From Escherichia coli (GTDB lineage: Bacteria > Pseudomonadota > Gammaproteobacteria > Enterobacterales > Enterobacteriaceae), in assembly GCF_003334385.1 (NCBI RefSeq), contig NZ_QOWN01000019.1: 64,000 nucleotides of DNA; one strand, 5' to 3'. The position numbers and the translations under genes were made by a program. The notes beneath the pieces were generated by a model, which worked only from the letters and a program-made list of their open reading frames with translations, had not been told where the DNA came from and did no database searches. Each line of letters opens with the position of its first letter. Positions within the stretch are counted from its first letter, which is position 1. Positions 56,357-64,000 of the stretch are shown in pieces.

Positions 56357-57376
56357 ATGTTGCAGTTTATTCTCCGACGTTTGGGACTCGTCATCCCCAC
56401 GTTTATCGGTATTACCCTTCTCACATTTGCCTTTGTCCACATGATCCCGGGCGATCCGGTGATGATCATGGCGGGCGAACGTGGGATCTCCCCAGAGCGT
56501 CACGCGCAGCTGCTGGCTGAACTCGGCTTAGATAAACCGATGTGGCAGCAGTATCTCCATTACATTTGGGGCGTTATGCATGGCGATCTAGGCATTTCAA
56601 TGAAAAGCCGCATCCCGGTTTGGGAAGAGTTCGTGCCGCGCTTCCAGGCCACGCTGGAACTTGGCGTCTGCGCGATGATTTTTGCTACGGCAGTCGGTAT
56701 TCCGGTCGGCGTGCTGGCTGCGGTTAAACGCGGTTCCATTTTCGATCACACAGCGGTTGGCCTGGCGCTGACAGGTTATTCAATGCCTATCTTCTGGTGG
56801 GGCATGATGCTGATCATGCTGGTTTCGGTGCACTGGAACCTGACGCCCGTCTCCGGTCGCGTGAGCGATATGGTGTTCCTCGATGACTCCAATCCGTTAA
56901 CCGGTTTTATGCTAATCGACACCGCCATCTGGGGTGAAGACGGCAACTTTATCGATGCCGTCGCCCATATGATCTTGCCTGCCATTGTGCTGGGTACTAT
57001 TCCGCTGGCGGTCATTGTGCGTATGACACGCTCCTCGATGCTGGAAGTGCTGGGCGAGGATTACATCCGCACCGCGCGCGCCAAAGGGCTAACCCGCATG
57101 CGGGTGATTATCGTCCATGCGCTGCGTAACGCGATGCTGCCGGTGGTGACCGTTATCGGCCTGCAGGTGGGAACATTGCTGGCGGGGGCGATTCTGACCG
57201 AAACCATCTTCTCGTGGCCCGGTCTGGGACGCTGGTTGATTGACGCACTGCAACGCCGCGACTATCCGGTAGTGCAGGGCGGCGTATTGCTGGTGGCGAC
57301 GATGATTATCCTCGTCAACTTGCTGGTCGATCTGCTGTACGGCGTGGTGAACCCGCGTATTCGTCATAAGAAGTAA
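56357..57376 (+). CDS. dppB: dipeptide ABC transporter permease (339 aa)
   Basis: Track ORF, BPD-transport membrane domain. Confidence 0.94.
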   Translation: MLQFILRRLGLVIPTFIGITLLTFAFVHMIPGDPVMIMAGERGISPERHAQLLAELGLDKPMWQQYLHYIWGVMHGDLGISMKSRIPVWEEFVPRFQATLELGVCAMIFATAVGIPVGVLAAVKRGSIFDHTAVGLALTGYSMPIFWWGMMLIMLVSVHWNLTPVSGRVSDMVFLDDSNPLTGFMLIDTAIWGEDGNFIDAVAHMILPAIVLGTIPLAVIVRMTRSSMLEVLGEDYIRTARAKGLTRMRVIIVHALRNAMLPVVTVIGLQVGTLLAGAILTETIFSWPGLGRWLIDALQRRDYPVVQGGVLLVATMIILVNLLVDLLYGVVNPRIRHKK

Positions 57377-57385
57377 GGGGACATC

Positions 57386-58288
57386 ATGTCACAGGTTACT
57401 GAAAATAAAGTGATTAGCGCACCGGTGCCGATGACCCCGTTACAGGAGTTCTGGCACTATTTTAAACGCAACAAAGGCGCGGTCGTCGGGCTGGTTTACG
57501 TCGTCATCGTGCTGTTCATCGCGATCTTTGCCAACTGGATTGCACCCTATAACCCGGCGGAACAGTTCCGCGATGCACTGCTCGCCCCGCCAGCCTGGCA
57601 GGAAGGCGGCAGCATGGCGCACTTGCTGGGCACCGATGACGTAGGCCGTGATGTGCTGTCGCGCCTGATGTACGGTGCGCGCCTGTCGCTGCTGGTTGGC
57701 TGTCTGGTAGTTGTGTTATCGCTGATTATGGGCGTTATTCTCGGCCTGATCGCCGGTTACTTTGGCGGCCTGGTCGATAACATCATTATGCGCGTGGTCG
57801 ATATCATGCTGGCGCTGCCAAGTCTGCTGCTGGCGCTGGTGCTGGTGGCAATTTTCGGCCCGTCGATTGGTAACGCCGCGCTGGCACTGACCTTCGTTGC
57901 CTTGCCGCACTATGTGCGCTTAACCCGCGCCGCCGTGCTGGTGGAAGTTAACCGCGATTACGTCACCGCGTCTCGCGTGGCGGGTGCCGGGGCGATGCGT
58001 CAGATGTTTATTAACATCTTCCCGAACTGCCTTGCGCCGCTGATTGTTCAGGCGTCGCTCGGTTTCTCTAACGCCATTCTCGATATGGCTGCTCTTGGTT
58101 TCCTCGGCATGGGGGCACAGCCGCCAACGCCTGAGTGGGGCACCATGCTCTCCGACGTGTTGCAGTTCGCGCAAAGCGCCTGGTGGGTCGTGACCTTCCC
58201 GGGTCTGGCGATCCTGCTGACGGTGCTGGCATTTAACCTGATGGGTGACGGTCTGCGTGACGCGCTCGATCCCAAACTGAAGCAGTAA
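57386..58288 (+). CDS. dppC: dipeptide ABC transporter permease (300 aa)
   Basis: Track ORF. Confidence 0.94.
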
Positions 58289-58298
58289 GAGGTTCGAG

Positions 58299-59282
58299 AT
58301 GGCGTTATTAAATGTAGATAAATTATCGGTGCATTTCGGCGACGAAAGCGCGCCGTTCCGCGCCGTAGACCGCATCAGCTACAGCGTAAAACAGGGCGAA
58401 GTGGTCGGGATTGTGGGTGAGTCCGGCTCCGGTAAGTCGGTCAGTTCACTGGCGATTATGGGGCTGATTGATTATCCGGGCCGCGTAATGGCAGAAAAAC
58501 TGGAGTTTAACGGCCAGGATTTGCAGCGTATCTCAGAAAAAGAGCGCCGCAACCTGGTGGGTGCCGAAGTGGCGATGATCTTCCAGGACCCGATGACCAG
58601 CCTTAACCCGTGCTACACCGTGGGTTTCCAGATTATGGAAGCGATTAAGGTGCATCAGGGCGGCAACAAAAGTACCCGCCGTCAGCGAGCGATTGACCTG
58701 CTGAATCAGGTCGGTATTCCCGATCCGGCATCGCGTCTGGATGTTTACCCGCATCAGCTTTCCGGCGGCATGAGCCAGCGCGTGATGATCGCCATGGCGA
58801 TTGCCTGTCGGCCAAAACTGCTGATTGCCGATGAACCGACCACCGCGCTGGACGTGACCATTCAGGCGCAAATCATCGAACTACTGCTGGAGCTACAGCA
58901 GAAAGAGAACATGGCGCTGGTGTTAATTACCCATGACCTGGCGCTGGTGGCGGAAGCGGCACATAAAATCATCGTGATGTATGCAGGCCAGGTGGTGGAA
59001 ACCGGTGATGCGCACGCCATCTTCCATGCGCCGCGTCACCCGTATACTCAGGCATTGCTGCGTGCGCTGCCAGAATTTGCTCAGGACAAAGAACGTCTGG
59101 CGTCGTTGCCAGGTGTCGTTCCCGGCAAGTACGACCGCCCGAACGGCTGCCTGCTTAACCCGCGCTGCCCCTATGCCACTGACAGATGTCGCGCTGAAGA
59201 ACCGGCGCTGAATATGCTCGCTGACGGGCGTCAGTCCAAATGCCATTACCCACTTGATGATGCCGGGAGGCCGACACTATGA
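58299..59282 (+). CDS. dppD: dipeptide ABC transporter ATP-binding protein (327 aa)
   Basis: Walker A GESGSGKS, signature LSGGMSQR. Confidence 0.94.
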
Positions 59283-60283
59283 GTACGCAAGAGGCCACCC
59301 TGCAACAACCGCTGTTGCAGGCTATCGACCTGAAAAAACATTATCCGGTGAAGAAAGGCATGTTCGCGCCGGAACGTCTGGTTAAAGCGCTGGATGGCGT
59401 TTCGTTTAACCTTGAACGTGGCAAAACGCTGGCAGTAGTGGGCGAATCTGGCTGCGGTAAATCGACCCTCGGTCGGTTGCTGACGATGATTGAAATGCCC
59501 ACCGGTGGCGAGCTGTATTACCAGGGGCAGGATCTGCTTAAGCACGATCCGCAGGCGCAGAAGCTGCGTCGGCAGAAAATCCAGATCGTCTTCCAGAACC
59601 CTTACGGTTCGCTGAATCCGCGTAAAAAAGTCGGGCAAATTCTTGAAGAGCCGCTGCTGATCAACACCAGCTTAAGCAAAGAACAGCGTCGGGAAAAAGC
59701 CCTGTCGATGATGGCGAAAGTCGGCCTGAAAACCGAGCACTATGACCGCTATCCGCATATGTTCTCCGGCGGTCAGCGTCAGCGTATCGCCATCGCCCGT
59801 GGTCTGATGCTCGACCCGGATGTGGTGATTGCCGATGAACCGGTTTCCGCGCTGGATGTTTCAGTGCGCGCGCAGGTGCTGAATCTGATGATGGATTTGC
59901 AGCAGGAGTTGGGGCTGTCTTATGTCTTTATCTCCCACGACCTGTCGGTGGTGGAGCACATTGCTGATGAAGTGATGGTGATGTACCTGGGCCGCTGCGT
60001 GGAGAAGGGAACGAAAGACCAAATCTTCAATAACCCGCGCCATCCGTACACTCAGGCGCTACTTTCCGCGACGCCGCGCCTGAACCCGGACGATCGCCGC
60101 GAGCGCATCAAGCTCAGCGGTGAACTACCAAGCCCACTGAATCCACCGCCGGGTTGCGCCTTCAACGCCCGCTGTCGTCGGCGCTTCGGCCCCTGCACCC
60201 AGTTGCAGCCGCAGCTAAAAGACTACGGCGGTCAACTGGTAGCTTGTTTTGCTGTTGATCAGGATGAAAATCCGCAGCGTTAA
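59279..60283 (+). CDS. dppF: dipeptide ABC transporter ATP-binding protein (334 aa)
   Basis: Walker [10 protein letters not shown], signature FSGGQRQR; 4-nt overlap with dppD. Confidence 0.94.
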
Positions 60284-60287
60284 CTCA

Positions 60288-60317
60288 CAAAACCGGGGCC
60301 ATGCGCTCCGGTTTACT
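60288..60317. terminator. hairpin between convergent dppF and yhjV
   Basis: aaaccgg ggccatgcgct ccggttt overlapping yhjV stop codon. Confidence 0.45.
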
Positions 60318-61584
60318 CAATCAGCTTCAACAGTGGCGACAAGCATAGCAAAATGCCGTACAGCAGAATCAGCCAGGCTTTAAATCCGCGAAGTTTTTCC
60401 AGTTGTGCGACTTTATAGATCAGGAAAAACGGAATGAGGCACGACACAATACCATATAACGGGCTTCCCAACTGAAAGAACACCAGCACCGATACACGAA
60501 ACGAAACCCAAATCGTCAACGTAATGACGATAAAAGCGCAGATCGCCAGAGTCAGCACGCGTGAGTTAATTTTCTTGGTATCAATAATTCGGCTTAACAG
60601 ATTGAGAATAATGCCTTTAATGGCCTCGTGGAAACCGAGATAAATGCCAAAGAATGCGGTCAGTACGGCAAAGATATTAAGCACCGTAGAGGTGATATGA
60701 ATGATATGCCCAGGGATCACCTGCGCGGCCAGCGCCAGTGCTGAGATATTTTGTTCAAAGGCAGAAACGGCTTCTTCGTGGCTAATTGAGAAGGTAAACG
60801 AAAAGGCAAAAAACAGGATCACCGCGATGAGCGTGATATAACTAATTCGGTGGGTACGCAGCGCGAGCCGGGTTGCCAGTACTTTATCCGCTTCCCGTTT
60901 ACGATAGGCAATATTCATTGGGTTAAGTACCTGAATAAATACTGCAGAAAAGAAGCAAAATGGAATGGTAAGCAAGACATCGCGGAAAAAGACGGAGGCT
61001 TGCGGGAAGGCGGTTATATTGGCGAAATTCCAGTGCGGGATCATCGCAAAACCGAACACGACAATAATCCCTACTTTGACCACCACCATTGGCCCGGAAA
61101 TCTTAAACAGTAATCGTTCACCACCAGACGCAATCGCCACCAGTACGGCGAAAATAGCGACTTTATAAAGTAGAGATTGTGAAAGATCGGCATCGGTTAA
61201 ACCGAAGGTTTTCAGGTACGAGGCGCTGTCGAAAACCACGGAGAGAGAGTAGATAAAAATCCCGTGGATAATCATCAAAAAGTAGATAACCCCGAGGAAA
61301 ATTCCCCAGTTCTTCCCCAGGTAATGACTGATAATATCGGTGTAGTCATTACAGGAATCGCTTTCAGAAAGGGTTTTTAAATAAATGTCCTGCACTACCC
61401 AGGTGGCAGGATAAGCAATGATCGCTGCGGTAATAAATACCCAAATTCCCTTCAAGCCAATTTGTACTGGCATCAGCACGGTTCCGGCACCAATCGCCAT
61501 GCCTATGCATAATAAAACCCAGCCGAAGTCGTAGCGTGTAAACGGCAATTTCTGATTGTGTTTCGATAGTGTGTTGTGCTGCAT
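60313..61584 (-). CDS. yhjV: amino-acid (Ser/Thr/Trp-type, HAAAP family) transporter-like membrane protein (423 aa)
   Basis: Native start [28 protein letters not shown]; polytopic. Confidence 0.85.
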
Positions 61585-61942
61585 AAAGTCCTGTCCAGAA
61601 AGAAGTCGGCCTCGCAAAAATGAATAAACCCAGTTTCTCTTGCGCAACAGGTGGAGAAGTCGAATACGCAGTATGTAAAAAATGAGGCAACAGATTCACT
61701 GGGGAGGTCGCGAGGAGGCGCAATTCTACAAAATTGCGCATTTCACTACCAGTCTGGAGTCAGCCCGGATATGAACTGCAACTATTGCAAATAAAGAAAT
61801 TAAGCTGGAAGGCATCGCGCAATGAGGAAGATTGCCGGGTGCTGACAGTAAAAAGCAATCGTAGAATCAGCGGCAAGCCGGAAAGGTTCCGGTGAGGCGC
61901 AATGTTGCGGGGGCTTTATCCCTGGTGGCATTGGTTGCTGGA

Positions 61943-62011
61943 GAGAGAAAACCCCCGCACGTTGCAGGTATGCACCTGACAACACCACGGGGGCTAATCT
62001 TGACTCTAGAC
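61943..62011 (-). ncRNA. rdlD: Rdl antisense RNA (antitoxin of ldrD), about 66 nt
   Basis: Minus-strand sequence gtctagagtcaagattagcccccgtggtgttgtcaggtgcatacctgcaacgtgcgggggttttctctc with terminal GC-rich hairpin plus U-run, as I recall Rdl RNAs; ends approximate. Confidence 0.65.
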
Positions 62012-62059
62012 CACTCAAGAATAGCCGCGAAACGTTGTCATTACAACACAGGCGGCTAT

Positions 62060-62167
62060 ATGACGTTCGCAGAGCTGGGCATGGCCTTCTGGCATGATTT
62101 AGCGGCTCCGGTCATTGCTGGCATTCTTGCCAGTATGATCGTGAACTGGCTGAACAAGCGGAAGTAA
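62060..62167 (+). CDS. ldrD: Ldr-family type I toxin (35 aa)
   Basis: MTFAELGMAFWHDLAAPVIAGILASMIVNWLNKRK; track ORF 61892..62167 is an upstream in-frame extension. Confidence 0.85.
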   Translation: MTFAELGMAFWHDLAAPVIAGILASMIVNWLNKRK

Positions 62168-62217
62168 CGTGTCATGCGGGCGTCAGGCTGCCGTAATGGC
62201 AATTTGCGCCCGGACCA

Positions 62218-62248
62218 GGCCGCAGGGGGGAAACTCTGCGGCCTTTTT
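62218..62248 (+). terminator. rho-independent terminator after ldrD
   Basis: ggccgcag ...loop... ctgcggcc followed by TTTTT. Confidence 0.7.
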
Positions 62249-62253
62249 CGTTC

Positions 62254-63933
62254 TTACTGCGGGTAAGGCACCCAGTCGCCGCCGTTCAGGCGAACGTACG
62301 GTTTATCCTGGTATTGAATAACTACTGCATTTGAGTTCTCGGAGACCGGTGCTGTTTGTGGCAACCCACTGGTGAGTTTTTTCCAGTCAACATTGTCTTC
62401 GGTGAAAATCTTGCCATCGAGAACGCGAACCACCAGATCGGAGATAGCCAGGAAGCTGCTCGGTTGTTCGATGACAATCGGTGCCCCCTGATGCGGTGCC
62501 TTCATGCCGAAGAATTTCACCCCAACGGGGACGTCGGTGATAGACGGGCTAGGGATATCACGTAGGCCAGATACCTGCATTCTGTCGCCCTTCAGCGCGC
62601 CGCCGTGTTCCGGCACCACGACCACCATCACTTTACGACCCGATTTCTCAAGTTCAGTAAAGAAGGCGTCCAGTTCATCAAAGAATTTCTGCGCCCGCGC
62701 TTTGTAATCCGCTGTTTTGCTGACCCCCGGATAATGGTTGCCGTCATGCAGTGGAAGCGTGTTGTAGAACGTGGCACTACGGCTGTTTTTATCTTTTTCG
62801 GTAACGTCCAGCCAGCGGTTAAGCACAGCGGTATCGTCATAAACCGGCGAACCATCAAAGCCCAGCAAAATAACCGGCAGATTTGTTTGATCCATCAATT
62901 CGCTCTGCATGCCGCCATTTTCGCGAACTTCTTTCAAAAAACCGCCGAACTGGCCGTTATGTCCCATCATCAGGTGCTGGGTAAAGCCCAGTTTCGAAAG
63001 GTTATCAAACAGATAGCAGTCGTTATTTGCCGGTTGATACAGATTAGTGTGCGAAGTCTGCCCGCAGCTGGCGCGCAGTAAACGGATCGCCGCCGGGCCA
63101 CTGTAGGAGGTGGCGGAGTTAAAGTTCTTGAACTCAATATCGAAATGCGACCACAGTGGATGCGACATCAACCCGGCGGCTTCTATATCCGACCAGGAAA
63201 GCGAACAGATGTTAATCACCAGTAGTTCAAATGGCTGAGCATCAGCGGGCAGCGAAGACGGGAAGGTCGATTTACGTTTCGCCTCCGCGTTATAGAAATT
63301 ATTCAGCCAGGCGTTAAGGTTCGCCGTTGTTGGCGGTGCAGTTTGTGCGGGCATATCACCCACTACCGGTGCGCCACCCGTCGCCGCAACGGTTGCCGCT
63401 GCGTTACCACCCGTCGTTGTTACAGTGGTCGTCGGTTGTCCGGCTGGCCACAAGGAGAAACTTGGTCCCGCCAGGGTAAGTACGTTCAGCCATAGCAGTA
63501 TGGCAACCACAAAAACGGTAATGCGAATCCATTGTGACAGGAATAACCAGGCCACTAATAAAACAAAAATGGCCCCAATCATCTGCCAGTTAATAAAGCG
63601 TGTGACAAGGTCGATTAAATAATCGGTACTGAACCCCGCCACCTGCGAACCCTGGCTCATTATGCTTTCCGGGCCAGGCAACCAGGTGTCATGCCAGAAC
63701 AAAGCAAAGCCGATCGGCAGGGCAATCCAGTGGCGCAAGCGATGCAGGCTGTAGCGCGGAAGGGGCATCAGCAGAAACGCGGCAAACACCAAATTGAGGA
63801 GCGGATGGAAGTTAAGATATCCCGCCCACAACAGGCCGAACTTAACCAGAAAATAGAAGTTCCAGCCGGAAAGGCCGCGCCAGTATTGCCAGAGGGAAGA
63901 AGGCATGGCGGTATTTTGCGTAAATTGAGTCAT
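62254..63933 (-). CDS. bcsG: cellulose phosphoethanolamine transferase BcsG (559 aa)
   Basis: N-terminal multi-TM region plus periplasmic alkaline-phosphatase-like domain; start ATGACTCAATTTACGCAAAAT. Confidence 0.9.
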   Translation of the reverse strand: MTQFTQNTAMPSSLWQYWRGLSGWNFYFLVKFGLLWAGYLNFHPLLNLVFAAFLLMPLPRYSLHRLRHWIALPIGFALFWHDTWLPGPESIMSQGSQVAGFSTDYLIDLVTRFINWQMIGAIFVLLVAWLFLSQWIRITVFVVAILLWLNVLTLAGPSFSLWPAGQPTTTVTTTGGNAAATVAATGGAPVVGDMPAQTAPPTTANLNAWLNNFYNAEAKRKSTFPSSLPADAQPFELLVINICSLSWSDIEAAGLMSHPLWSHFDIEFKNFNSATSYSGPAAIRLLRASCGQTSHTNLYQPANNDCYLFDNLSKLGFTQHLMMGHNGQFGGFLKEVRENGGMQSELMDQTNLPVILLGFDGSPVYDDTAVLNRWLDVTEKDKNSRSATFYNTLPLHDGNHYPGVSKTADYKARAQKFFDELDAFFTELEKSGRKVMVVVVPEHGGALKGDRMQVSGLRDIPSPSITDVPVGVKFFGMKAPHQGAPIVIEQPSSFLAISDLVVRVLDGKIFTEDNVDWKKLTSGLPQTAPVSENSNAVVIQYQDKPYVRLNGGDWVPYPQ

Positions 63934-64000
63934 TTTTTGGTTGCCCTGGCTTTTTCCGTGCGGCGTAACGTCCCGGCCGGTTTAACATAACGAGGTTTAG
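63930..64000 (-). CDS. bcsF: 3' end of small membrane protein gene bcsF (partial; continues beyond window end)
   Basis: Minus-strand frame ...PRYVKPAGTLRRTEKARATKK* with stop overlapping bcsG start (ATGA). Confidence 0.7.
   Translation of the reverse strand, partial: KPRYVKPAGTLRRTEKARATKK

Noticed and set aside
61892-62059. Upstream in-frame extension of ldrD giving a 91-aa ORF
   Set aside because: Ldr toxins are about 35 aa; the extension overlaps the antisense rdlD region and lacks coding character.

Overview
This window reads as an Escherichia coli K-12-type chromosomal segment, in reverse orientation to the usual MG1655 numbering (roughly the rhsA/yibF to bcsG/bcsF interval). Gene names are assigned from my own recognition of the translated ORFs, operon order and protein lengths; no database search was run. 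The window is densely packed with recognisable genes: selA-selB, yiaY, aldB, the yiaK-S operon (TRAP transporter yiaMNO plus lyxK/sgbHUE) with its divergent IclR regulator yiaJ, avtA, malS, bax, the xylose regulon, yiaB/yiaA, wecH, glyQS, cspA, bisC, tag, yhjX, eptB, tRNA-Pro (proK), the dppABCDF operon, yhjV and bcsG. It also holds one IS150 copy inserted just upstream of the type I toxin gene hokA, a second type I toxin-antitoxin locus (ldrD/rdlD), five REP/BIME clusters and several clear rho-independent terminators. I find no CRISPR array, no prophage or integrase, and no cluster of large uncharacterised genes of the kind that marks a novel defence island, so I cannot support a claim of a new system here. 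The two observations most worth a second look are (1) the LysR regulator yiaU, which is split into two reading frames and so looks frameshifted, and (2) the poorly characterised envelope module around it: yiaW (small DUF3302 membrane protein), yiaV (HlyD-like membrane fusion protein) and yiaT (MipA/OmpV-like outer membrane protein). ORF-track starts often use GTG/TTG or upstream ATGs; I trimmed them where I recognised the native N-terminus.
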